Source: an uncultured Eubacteriales bacterium
GTDB taxonomy: Bacteria > Bacillota > Clostridia > Oscillospirales > CAG-272
Direction: 5' to 3'
DNA length: 64,000 nucleotides
NCBI GenBank assembly: GCA_934385225.1
Contig: CAKRPQ010000002.1
Location: forward strand, 219 to 64,218
Shown: one piece after another, positions 1 through 8,272 of the stretch
Numbering within the stretch: position 1 is the first letter of the stretch
How the letters are laid out: each line of letters starts with the position of its first letter
Translations under genes and position numbers: made by a program
The notes under the pieces: model-generated
Database searches by the model: none
What the model saw: only the letters and a program-made list of their open reading frames with translations
What the model was told of the DNA's origin: nothing

Positions 1-465
1 TCTGAGAAGTTCTCTGATGTCTTTAAGGATATCGTCCGTCGTTTCTGCGGGCGGAGTCTCCTCTTTCGGCTCTTCCTCCTCTTTCGGGTGCTTTTTGTTC
101 TCGATTTCTTCGGCTTTCTTCTTCATCGTCATAATAAGGCGCAGGAAGCAGAATATGCAGAACGCAACTATAAGAAAATCGACAACGGTCTGAATGAGAT
201 CACCGTACATAAGCGCGTTTTCGGGTCTTAGCACGTTCCCCGCCTCATCAAGAACCGCCTCGCGCATTACGATTTTACGATCCGCGATATTGAAGCCGCC
301 CGTAATGACACCGACAAGAGGCATGATAACGTCGTTTACGAGCGCGGTCACTATCTTTCCGAAAGCACCGCCGATGACGACACCGACCGCCATATCAAGC
401 ACGTTTCCCTTTGCGATGAAAGCCTTGAAATCGATAAAAAATGTACTCTTTTTCTTCTTTGACAT
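1..465 (-). CDS. mscL: Large-conductance mechanosensitive channel MscL (3' end runs off the window edge)
   Basis: Absent from the ORF track because it is truncated. My translation of the minus strand from ATG 465..463 gives MSKKKKSTFFIDFKAFIAKGNVLDMAVGVVIGGAFGKIVTALVNDVIMPLVG, the MscL TM1 signature. GGAGG lies about 6 nt upstream (476..480). Confidence 0.85.
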   Translation of the reverse strand, partial: MSKKKKSTFFIDFKAFIAKGNVLDMAVGVVIGGAFGKIVTALVNDVIMPLVGVITGGFNIADRKIVMREAVLDEAGNVLRPENALMYGDLIQTVVDFLIVAFCIFCFLRLIMTMKKKAEEIENKKHPKEEEEPKEETPPAETTDDILKDIRELLR

Positions 466-502
466 CTTAAATTATCCTCCGTTATGTTTAATATTTTTGA
501 TA

Positions 503-1609
503 TTATATAGTATAACTGCCAGGAATTTCACCCTCGGAATCCGTAAACACCGCGTTGATCTTCCCGTCGGAAAATTCAAGTCCCGCGCCTGCAAAATACT
601 TCCCGTATTTAATTTCAGAGCCTATCACAAGAGTACACGGAAGTCCGAGCTGATCGTATTCGCCTCCCGGTTTAGATACGACGAGCTTGTGCATATGACC
701 GCAAAGCATTATATCGGGGTGAATATTTTCCCTCAAAAGTGCCGACCACTCACGGTAAATATCACGTTCTATATTAAACTTCTCCTCGCTGTTATTCGAT
801 GTGGAAAAAGGGACGTGACAAAGCACCATTTTGTAATCCGTCCCGCCCGACATATATTCGGTTTCGCGGTTCGAAACAACGTTTTTTATGAATTCTATCT
901 GTGCCTTGCGAAACGCATGACACGAAACCGTATGGCCGTATTCGGGATCGGAGTCGTCTTTATCCTCCGCGCAATCAAGTATAATTCCCCATATGCCGCC
1001 GAGTTTGAACGTATAATAAGTCTTACCGTTTTCCGACGGTGTGTAATCAGCTACTCTGTCAGCGTAAAGACCGCGCATGTCGTGATTTCCTCGCGAATAC
1101 ACAATCGGGATATTGCCGTGGGTTATCGCGTCCGCAATGCGGTATATCGTATCAAAATTTTCAGGACAGCCGCTGTCCGTCGGAATATCGCCGTTGAGAA
1201 TAAGAAAATCAATCTTTCCATAATGACGCACATATGTGTTATATGCCTCGACAGGCTTCTCTACCATATTGTGCGAGTCGGCTATATGATAAGCCCTTGC
1301 GCCGTTCCCCTTCACAGGGTAAAAATCAAACTCGAAGCAGGCAGGCTCTTCACTCTCGGTGAAATAAGGTTTTCTTTCGATTATTTTTCGGTAAATTACC
1401 GTATATTTTCCCGCCTTATTGAGAAGATCGGCAGGAACAATCATACGATGAACGGAAATATCGGAACGAAGTATTCCGTTTGACTCGTCCGCAAACGTTT
1501 CACCGTCGACATTTACCCACATAAGGCACGGACAATTCACGGGAACCATTATCTGATATGAACTGCCTACGGCAAAAACTGCGGGAGCTGTTTTCAGAAC
1601 GTTATCCAT
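503..1609 (-). CDS. Calcineurin-like metallophosphoesterase
   Basis: 368-aa ORF with the ordered motifs HIADSH, LNGDIPTD, SRGNHD, CHVPF and CGHMH. No signal peptide. Confidence 0.8.
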   Translation of the reverse strand: MDNVLKTAPAVFAVGSSYQIMVPVNCPCLMWVNVDGETFADESNGILRSDISVHRMIVPADLLNKAGKYTVIYRKIIERKPYFTESEEPACFEFDFYPVKGNGARAYHIADSHNMVEKPVEAYNTYVRHYGKIDFLILNGDIPTDSGCPENFDTIYRIADAITHGNIPIVYSRGNHDMRGLYADRVADYTPSENGKTYYTFKLGGIWGIILDCAEDKDDSDPEYGHTVSCHAFRKAQIEFIKNVVSNRETEYMSGGTDYKMVLCHVPFSTSNNSEEKFNIERDIYREWSALLRENIHPDIMLCGHMHKLVVSKPGGEYDQLGLPCTLVIGSEIKYGKYFAGAGLEFSDGKINAVFTDSEGEIPGSYTI

Positions 1610-1639
1610 TGCATTTTCCTTTGTAAAAAATTGATCTGT

Positions 1640-3121
1640 TTATCTGTTATAAAGTCTCTTCTTCTGATAGACAGGCTCACAGGTGAGGTGGATTCCGAGT
1701 TTCTTAAAGGTTTTTGCGTCCTCCTCCGAAAGTATTACAGTCGAATGAGCGTCGCAGCCGCGGAGCTTATCAAGCTGTTCCATCGCGATTTCGGCTTCGG
1801 GCGACGTTATCGAACAAATCGAAAGCGCAATAAGAAGCTCGTCGATATGAAGCCGCGGATTCCTGTTTCCGAGGTGACCGACTTTAAGGTGCGAAATAGG
1901 CTCTATTATCGAATGTGAAATAAGCGCGTGGCTGTCGGGTATCTCGGCAAGATATTTGAGCGCGTTCAGCATAAGTGCCGACGTTGCGCCGAGAAGAGGC
2001 GTCGTTTTCCCCGTCACGATATGACCGTCGGGAAGCTCCATCGCCGCAGCGGGTGCCGCGGTCAGATCTGCCTTTGAGATTGCCGCCGCTATAACGGGTC
2101 TCGTTTCGGGCGAAAGTCCCGCTTTCTTTATGAGAAGCTCCATATTGTAGACAACATCGCCGTCGATATTCCCTTTTTTTCTGTCGCAGAGCGCCGTATA
2201 ATAGCGTCTGATTATCTCTTTATTCGCCGCCTCTTTCGTCGCTTCGTCGTCGATTATGCAGTTGCCCGCCATATTTACGCCCATATCCGTCGGGGACCTA
2301 TACGGCGACTCGCCGAGAATACGGCAGAGCATCTCGTTAAGCACGGGGAAAATCTCAATATCGCGGTTATAGTTCACCGCCGTTTTGCCGTAGGCTTCAA
2401 GGTGATAAGGGTCTATCATATTCACGTCGTCAAGGTCTGCCGTCGCGGCTTCGTACGCTATATTTACAGGGTGCGAAAGCGGTATATTCCATATCGGGAA
2501 AGTTTCGAATTTCGCGTAGCCCGCCTTTATTCCACGCTTATTTTCGTGGTACAGCTGCGAGAGGCAGGTCGCCATTTTTCCGCTTCCGGGTCCCGGTGCG
2601 GTGACGATGACAAGCTCGCGCGTGGTCTCTATATAGTCGTTTTTGCCGTAGCCCTCTTCGCTTACGATCTTTTCAACGTCCGATGGGTATCCGTCGATCG
2701 AATAGTGGCGGTAAACGTTTATTCCGAGATCTTTCAGCTTTTTTTCAAAGGCTATCGCCGCCGTCTGACCGTCAAAACGTGTGAGAACGACGCTTCCGAC
2801 ATAAAGTCCGACGTCCTTGAAAGCGTCGATAAGGCGCAGAACGTCAAGATCATACGTTATACCGAGGTCGCCTCTGACCTTGTTTTTTTCTATATCGCAG
2901 GCATTTATCGCGATAACTATCTCAGCCTTGTCTTTGAGTTTGAGAAGCATTCTGAGCTTGCTGTCGGGCTTAAAACCCGGCAAAACACGGGACGCATGAT
3001 AGTCGTCGAAGAGCTTGCCGCCGAATTCAAGGTATAGTTTGCCGCCGAAGAAGTCAATGCGTTCCATAATATGCTCGGATTGCATTTCAAGGTATTTGTC
3101 GTTATCAAAGCCGATTTTCAT
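1640..3121 (-). CDS. DUF1846 (UPF0371) family protein
   Basis: The N-terminus KIGFDNDKYLEMQSEHIMERI...GGKLFDDYHASRVLPGF and the ~493-aa length are typical of DUF1846. The track start at 3127 is a GTG inside the RBS. ATG 3121 has GAGGTG 6 nt upstream. Confidence 0.85.
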   Translation of the reverse strand: MKIGFDNDKYLEMQSEHIMERIDFFGGKLYLEFGGKLFDDYHASRVLPGFKPDSKLRMLLKLKDKAEIVIAINACDIEKNKVRGDLGITYDLDVLRLIDAFKDVGLYVGSVVLTRFDGQTAAIAFEKKLKDLGINVYRHYSIDGYPSDVEKIVSEEGYGKNDYIETTRELVIVTAPGPGSGKMATCLSQLYHENKRGIKAGYAKFETFPIWNIPLSHPVNIAYEAATADLDDVNMIDPYHLEAYGKTAVNYNRDIEIFPVLNEMLCRILGESPYRSPTDMGVNMAGNCIIDDEATKEAANKEIIRRYYTALCDRKKGNIDGDVVYNMELLIKKAGLSPETRPVIAAAISKADLTAAPAAAMELPDGHIVTGKTTPLLGATSALMLNALKYLAEIPDSHALISHSIIEPISHLKVGHLGNRNPRLHIDELLIALSICSITSPEAEIAMEQLDKLRGCDAHSTVILSEEDAKTFKKLGIHLTCEPVYQKKRLYNR

Positions 3122-3157
3122 TACCACACCTCATAAATAAAATTAAATAACCGTTTA

Positions 3158-3186
3158 ATTATAGCACGTCGGACGTTTTTTTTCAA
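3158..3186 (-). promoter_or_regulatory. Sigma-A type promoter for the DUF1846 gene
   Basis: On the minus strand: TTGAAA (3186..3181), a 17-nt spacer, then TATAAT (3163..3158), about 35 nt upstream of the ATG. Confidence 0.6.
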
Positions 3187-3276
3187 GCGTATTCGACAAA
3201 AAGCGCGAAAAAAATTGCACAAAAATAAGCCGTACGATTTGTTCATTTCGAATAAAGAGTCCCGCACGGCGCGGTA

Positions 3277-3305
3277 TTGACAGAACAGTCGCCGTGTGGT
3301 AAAAT
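3277..3305 (+). promoter_or_regulatory. Sigma-A type promoter for the small membrane protein gene
   Basis: TTGACA (3277..3282), a 17-nt spacer ending in TGG, then TAAAAT (3300..3305), which gives an extended -10. Confidence 0.65.
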
Positions 3306-3353
3306 ACTGATAAAACATTCCGAAAAATCGAAACGAACCGAAAGGAGCGGAAA

Positions 3354-3593
3354 ATGACAACCTTTTTCAGAATATGCGGTGTGATATTTTTCCTTGCCGC
3401 GGCACTTTTTCTTGTGCTGTCCGTTTTTTCTCTCTCGACTTCAACTCCCTTAACGGCAGCAGTGCTTGCGTTTTTGGCATTCGGCGAGGTTGCTGCGGGG
3501 CTCGGATTCATCTATCTTGCCGACGTGAAGGAGCGGCTTGACAAATACGAAAGTGAGAAAACCTCCGAAAAAAATAGGGGCAGCGAAGAATGA
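3354..3593 (+). CDS. Small hypothetical membrane protein (two predicted TM helices)
   Basis: 79-aa ORF with AAAGGAG 6 nt upstream, its own consensus promoter and its own terminator. Hydrophobic stretches ICGVIFFLAAALFLVLSVF and AAVLAFLAFGEVAAGLGFIYL. Confidence 0.65.
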   Translation: MTTFFRICGVIFFLAAALFLVLSVFSLSTSTPLTAAVLAFLAFGEVAAGLGFIYLADVKERLDKYESEKTSEKNRGSEE

Positions 3594-3618
3594 TTTCATT
3601 TCTTCGCTGCCTTTTCTT
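3579..3618 (+). terminator. Intrinsic terminator of the small membrane protein gene
   Basis: 12-bp perfect stem GGCAGCGAAGAA (3579..3590) / TTCTTCGCTGCC (3600..3611) followed by TTTTC. The stop codon lies in the loop. Confidence 0.7.
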
Positions 3619-3626
3619 AATACTAC

Positions 3627-3654
3627 AAAAACCGCAGGCGCATAGTGCCTGCGG
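3627..3654 (-). terminator. Intrinsic terminator of gap
   Basis: Stem CCGCAGGC (3632..3639) / GCCTGCGG (3647..3654). On the minus strand it is followed by a T-run (complement of AAAAA 3627..3631). Confidence 0.65.
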
Positions 3655-3679
3655 TAATTATTTTTCGAAAAACCTTAAA

Positions 3680-4726
3680 TTAAAGCTCTGCGAAGTACTT
3701 GATGGTTCTTACCATCTGGCTTGTGTAGGAGTTCTCGTTATCGTACCAGGAAACAACCTGTACCTGATATGTGTCGTCTGCAACCTTGGATACCATCGTC
3801 TGTGTTGCGTCGAAGAGAGAACCGTATCTCATACCGATAACGTCGGAAGAAACGATAGGATCTTCATTGTAACCGAAGGACTCGGAAGCAGCAGCCTTCA
3901 TAGCGGCATTGATGCCTTTCTTTGTAACGTCCTTGCCCTTAACAACTGCCGTGAGGATAGTTGTGGAACCTGTCGGAACAGGCACACGCTGAGCAGAGCC
4001 GATGAGCTTGCCGTTAAGTTCGGGAATAACAAGTCCGATAGCCTTTGCTGCGCCTGTGGAGTTAGGAACGATGTTAGCTGCGCCTGCGCGTGCACGGCGG
4101 AGGTCACCCTTTCTGTGAGGACCGTCAAGGATCATCTGGTCGCCCGTATATGCGTGAATGGTACTCATGATACCGCTCTCGATAGGAGCATAATCGTTAA
4201 GAGCCTTTGCCATAGGAGCGAGGCAGTTTGTTGTGCAGGAAGCTGCGGAAATGATCTGGTCTTCCTTCGTAAGAGTCTTTTCGTTTACAGAGTAAACGAT
4301 CGTTTTAAGATCATTGCCTGCGGGAGCGGAAATAACAACTTTCTTTGCGCCTGCGACGATGTGAGCCATGGACTTTTCCTTGGAGCAGTAGAAGCCCGTG
4401 CATTCGAGAACGACGTCAACGTCGAGCTTGCCCCAGGGGCATTCCTTTGCGTCCTTTATAGCGTAGATTTTGATTTCCTTGCCGTCAACTGTGATGGAGC
4501 CGGGCTCGGTCTCTGTTGCTTCCTTCGACGAGATGGTATGCTTGCCTTCGCCGATTCTGCCGCAGTAGCCGCCCTGAGCGGTGTCGTATTTAAGAAGATG
4601 AGCGAGCATTGCGGGGCTGGTAAGGTCGTTGATAGCAACTACCTCATAACCCTCTGCGCCGAACATCTGTCTGAAAGCGAGACGACCGATACGACCGAAG
4701 CCATTGATTGCAACTTTAACTGACAT
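3680..4726 (-). CDS. gap: Type I glyceraldehyde-3-phosphate dehydrogenase
   Basis: N-terminus [20 protein letters not shown] and the active-site region [12 protein letters not shown]. Confidence 0.97.
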   Translation of the reverse strand: MSVKVAINGFGRIGRLAFRQMFGAEGYEVVAINDLTSPAMLAHLLKYDTAQGGYCGRIGEGKHTISSKEATETEPGSITVDGKEIKIYAIKDAKECPWGKLDVDVVLECTGFYCSKEKSMAHIVAGAKKVVISAPAGNDLKTIVYSVNEKTLTKEDQIISAASCTTNCLAPMAKALNDYAPIESGIMSTIHAYTGDQMILDGPHRKGDLRRARAGAANIVPNSTGAAKAIGLVIPELNGKLIGSAQRVPVPTGSTTILTAVVKGKDVTKKGINAAMKAAASESFGYNEDPIVSSDVIGMRYGSLFDATQTMVSKVADDTYQVQVVSWYDNENSYTSQMVRTIKYFAEL

Positions 4727-4794
4727 GATTGAAATTCCTCCGTTTTATATAAAAAATTTTTTGACAAACGTAAAAGACAATCTTTCACCCCTAT

Positions 4795-4823
4795 ATTTTA
4801 ACTCATTCGGGGGCAATATACAA
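4795..4823 (-). promoter_or_regulatory. Candidate promoter of gap
   Basis: On the minus strand: TTGTAT (4823..4818), a 17-nt spacer, then TAAAAT (4800..4795). Confidence 0.45.
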
Positions 4824-4902
4824 GAGATTTGAGAAAAATTTATCAATTTCGTAACAATTACCCAAAACGCTTTTGTTTTTGCGGTCATATATGGGCAATT
4901 AT

Positions 4903-5574
4903 TCAGTCACGCGATTCTATAACGAGGAGTGCGCCCTTCTTCACCGATATAAGCGCGACGTTTCCGACAATTTCGTTACTGACGGCAAACTGCTCTTCGC
5001 GAAAAAGTTTTGCATTTTTAAGCGGATACTTTCCGCCGTCGATCGAAACGCCTTTACATACCCTGTCAAGCGCAACAAGAGAAAAATACTTATAATCGCT
5101 TTTCGCCAGCAGGAGGCTGTCGTTTTCAAGGTATCTGACGCGGTTATAGCCGTTCGCAATATATCCGTGAAGCCTCATCTTCTTCATACTTTCAAGTATC
5201 GCGCAGGACGAGAGCGAATGGTCAAGTCTCGTTCCCATTCCGCCGATAATTACTATCGTGTCATACCCTCGTTCGACTGCCGCGCCGAATGCCGCCTGGG
5301 TATCGGTACAGTCCTTTTCGCAAGGGAGCGTTATGCGCTCTATGTCGCTCGGAAGCTCCGTATCGTTTCCTATCGAATCGAAATCACCGATGAGAAGATC
5401 CGGTTTTACCGAGAGTTCAAGGGCGTGTTTATACCCTGAATCCGCGGCGATGCAGAGGTCGCCTTTTCTCGGTCTCTCGTATTCGCTTATATTCTCGTAA
5501 AGCACGCTTCCGCCCGTATAAATAAACGCGCGCGGCGGTGTTTCGAGCCTGCCTATTATACTTTCTTCGTCCAT
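4903..5574 (-). CDS. thiN: Thiamine diphosphokinase
   Basis: 223 aa. IAADSGYKHALELSVKPDLLIGDFDSI is the TPK catalytic-domain signature. It sits in the conserved position after rsgA. Confidence 0.85.
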   Translation of the reverse strand: MDEESIIGRLETPPRAFIYTGGSVLYENISEYERPRKGDLCIAADSGYKHALELSVKPDLLIGDFDSIGNDTELPSDIERITLPCEKDCTDTQAAFGAAVERGYDTIVIIGGMGTRLDHSLSSCAILESMKKMRLHGYIANGYNRVRYLENDSLLLAKSDYKYFSLVALDRVCKGVSIDGGKYPLKNAKLFREEQFAVSNEIVGNVALISVKKGALLVIESRD

Positions 5575-6515
5575 GCTTTCTTCTCCTTTAACACGTCATA
5601 CATTAAAACGAAGCTGTCGTGGCGGCTTTTTGCTATTCTGCCGTCGCGGACCGCTTCGAGAACGGCGCAGCCGTCCTCCTTCGTATGCGTGCATTTTGTA
5701 TATCTGCATTTCCCGATATACGGCTCGAATTCGCGCATCGTCAGCGGAAGATCCTCCTTTGTGAAGAAGTCGAACCGCTCAAAATCAAGCATACTGAACC
5801 CCGGCGTATCGGCAATATACCCCTCGCCGTCGCCGAAAACAGGGTAAAGCTCGACGTGGCGCGTTGTATGTCTGCCTCTCTCGGTCTTTCTGCTCACGTC
5901 GCCCGTCGCCAGCACAAGCGACGGAAAAAGCGTATTCATAAGCGTCGATTTTCCGACTCCCGATGCCCCCGCGAACGCCGCCGTTCTGCCGACGATCTTC
6001 TCGTATATGTATTTTTTTATGTTCTCGACACCCTCGCCCGTATGGCAGCTGAGAACAAACACGTCGTATCCCGCGAGAGAGTAAATTCCCCTCATTTTTT
6101 CGGCGTTTTCGGGGTCAAGTTCGCATTTTTCGATGACAACGACGGGGTCAATCTTATTAAATTCAAGTATCGACAGCAGTTTATCCACCGTTTCGGGAAC
6201 GGGTTCGGGCGACGACGCCGCCATCGACACGAGGCATATGTCTATATTCGCGACCGGCGGTCGGATAAGAGAATTTTTTCTTTCTCCTATCTCGCTTATC
6301 ATAATATCGCCGCCGACGCCCTCCGAAAGCGACTTATCCGTATAAACGACGCTCACGTTGTCGCCGACAAGCGGCGTAATGCCGTCGTGGCGGAAAGATC
6401 CTCTCGCCTTTGCCTTTGCAAGCTCTCCCGCGAGCGGCGAACCGTCCTTTTCTATACGCACGGTGTAAAGACCGCCGACGCCTTTGATTATTTTTCCGAA
6501 GCTGCGGTATTCCAT
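5556..6515 (-). CDS. rsgA: Ribosome small-subunit-dependent GTPase A
   Basis: Circularly permuted GTPase with GASGVGKSTLMNTL and the C-terminal zinc motif CRYTKCTHTKEDGCAV. Confidence 0.93.
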   Translation of the reverse strand: MEYRSFGKIIKGVGGLYTVRIEKDGSPLAGELAKAKARGSFRHDGITPLVGDNVSVVYTDKSLSEGVGGDIMISEIGERKNSLIRPPVANIDICLVSMAASSPEPVPETVDKLLSILEFNKIDPVVVIEKCELDPENAEKMRGIYSLAGYDVFVLSCHTGEGVENIKKYIYEKIVGRTAAFAGASGVGKSTLMNTLFPSLVLATGDVSRKTERGRHTTRHVELYPVFGDGEGYIADTPGFSMLDFERFDFFTKEDLPLTMREFEPYIGKCRYTKCTHTKEDGCAVLEAVRDGRIAKSRHDSFVLMYDVLKEKKAWTKKV

Positions 6516-6516
6516 A

Positions 6517-8247
6517 TCAGTTACCGCCTATTCCGAGGTCGCGCGCGTAGACCATACGTGTATTCATCGACAGCGAGCCGTCCGCCGAGAGCGAAAAATC
6601 AAGCATTCTGCCGCCGCGGAGACGGTTATTTATATCGAACGTCCCGCCGAAGCCGTAGCCGTCGTAGCCTATGCTTGCGGAATATCCGAGTTCTATGCCG
6701 CAATATTTTCCGACAAAAGAATTGAGGTGGTCATGTCCGCAAAAAATACCGAGAACATTTCCGTCCGCAAGTGCCGCGGCAAAAAGTCCCGAATTTATCG
6801 GCGACGAGGAAATGTCCTCTCCTATCTCGCCGAAAAGCTGTGTCTTTTCGGGATTTAACGCAACCGCGGAGAACTCCTCCGTCGGTGTATGCGTAACTAT
6901 GACGGTGCGGAGCGCGCCGCCCGTTTCCCTTTCAAGCACCTTACCGTTCTCCGTGAAAAACGCTATATGGCTCGCGGGAACAAAGCCGTAATCGCTGCCC
7001 TCTTCCACTCTTCTGTCAAAAAGCTCCTCCGAAAGAACGCCCTCGTATTCGGAGAGCATTGCCGTCTGACCGAGCGTCCAGATACCGAGTGCGGGTACGG
7101 ACGCGCTTGTCACTTCACCTGCGGGATAAATCGGCAGAAACGCGCTGACTGCGCCGTCCGACGTACATTCCGCCTTCGTAACGCAATGCGCAAACGACGA
7201 ATAGACCTCTGTCTGCGAAAGCGCGTCAAGACCGCCGTCCGTATCCTGCTCGCCGAAAACGACAGCCCACGGGATTTCGTTCTCTTCAAGCGGCAGGGTG
7301 AGCTTCTTTACATATTCTTCAAGCTCCGCCTTTGTCGTCATTCCGCTCGACACGTCGCCGTCGAAAATAACAAGCTGCGGCTTTTCGCTTTTCACTATCG
7401 CTTCAAGCGCGGAAACTGTATATTCGTTTATATCCGCGTCGGAAAGAACCAGCACCCTGAAACGTCCCGTTTCGGTGAAATTGAGAGGCACCGACGTCTG
7501 ACGCAGCGACGACAACGGCTCGTTTCCCGTTCTGTCGACGAGAGTAAAGCTATGATGAGCGGCAAAGGTGAGTCTGCTGTGTCTGTATGCGCCGACGTAG
7601 TTCGTCACAAAATATCTGACCGCCGCCGTCGCACCGCTTTCGCTGAATGCAGCGATATTCACGTTGTCGCCAGATGTTATCATGACGGCGTAGCCGTTCT
7701 CGCCAAGCGCGGAAACGGACGTAATATAGTCGTCAGAGGCTCTGTTTGTATGTCCTATGCGAAGTTCGTGCAGCCCGACCGCCTCGCTGTCGGGGACGAC
7801 CGAAAGCGAAGCTCCCGTTTTTTCAAGAAACGCGTCGTGAAGTGCCGTCGCTGCCGAAAGTCCCCATGTATCCGACTCACTGTAAACGATTCTGTACGCC
7901 CTTGCACTCGACCTCGTCGCCGCGCCGCCCATACTCAGTTCTCTTATGCTCTCTCCCGAATAGGAATACGCAAGTCCGACGCAAAGCACAAGAAAACCAA
8001 GCGAAACCGCCGCAAAAACGGCCGCGCTGACTCTTCTGACAAATGCCACGCTGTATTCGCGTTTTCTTCTCTTTTTCTTTCTCGCTTTTACATTTACATT
8101 TACATTCTTCTTCGGTATCGGCGAAAGAGGGCTTCTTCGCACGCCGCTTTGCACATTCGGCACTTTCTGCCCCTGCGCTCCTCCCCACATATCGGAAACG
8201 GACGGGCGTTTTACGCCGTTTTCTTTATTTCTGTTTTCATCATTCAT
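6517..8247 (-). CDS. Membrane-anchored protein with a divergent metallophosphoesterase domain
   Basis: 576 aa. Basic N-terminus (KKNVNVNVKARKKKRRKRE), then one TM helix (VSAAVFAAVSLGFLVLCVGLAY). Ordered motifs LSDAD, FDGD, FGEQD, VTHTP and CGHDH. Motifs I and III deviate from the canonical DxH and GNHD/E. Confidence 0.7.
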   Translation of the reverse strand: MNDENRNKENGVKRPSVSDMWGGAQGQKVPNVQSGVRRSPLSPIPKKNVNVNVKARKKKRRKREYSVAFVRRVSAAVFAAVSLGFLVLCVGLAYSYSGESIRELSMGGAATRSSARAYRIVYSESDTWGLSAATALHDAFLEKTGASLSVVPDSEAVGLHELRIGHTNRASDDYITSVSALGENGYAVMITSGDNVNIAAFSESGATAAVRYFVTNYVGAYRHSRLTFAAHHSFTLVDRTGNEPLSSLRQTSVPLNFTETGRFRVLVLSDADINEYTVSALEAIVKSEKPQLVIFDGDVSSGMTTKAELEEYVKKLTLPLEENEIPWAVVFGEQDTDGGLDALSQTEVYSSFAHCVTKAECTSDGAVSAFLPIYPAGEVTSASVPALGIWTLGQTAMLSEYEGVLSEELFDRRVEEGSDYGFVPASHIAFFTENGKVLERETGGALRTVIVTHTPTEEFSAVALNPEKTQLFGEIGEDISSSPINSGLFAAALADGNVLGIFCGHDHLNSFVGKYCGIELGYSASIGYDGYGFGGTFDINNRLRGGRMLDFSLSADGSLSMNTRMVYARDLGIGGN

Positions 8248-8272
8248 AAATAATTTCCGTTTTGATTAAGGT

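Noticed and set aside
194-1483. A 429-aa plus-strand ORF. Similar very long ORFs lie antisense to real genes: 3590..4723 (opposite gap), 5619..6725, 6889..8253, 9989..11404 and 24856..26151 (opposite brnQ).
   Set aside because: Each is the mirror frame of a gene with unmistakable family motifs. Their translations are Arg/Cys/Phe-rich low-complexity sequence with no recognisable domain, no RBS and no independent promoter or terminator. Stop-free antisense frames are expected in codon-biased genes with moderately high GC.
6181-6189. TTATCCACC, an 8/9 match to the DnaA box TTATCCACA.
   Set aside because: It is a single occurrence inside the rsgA coding sequence. There is no cluster, no AT-rich unwinding element and no dnaA or dnaN nearby.
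8089-8106. A (TACATT)x3 hexanucleotide tandem repeat, considered as a possible phase-variation tract.
   Set aside because: It is in frame (encoding NVNVNV on the minus strand) and only three units long. Slippage would add or remove Asn-Val pairs without switching the gene off.
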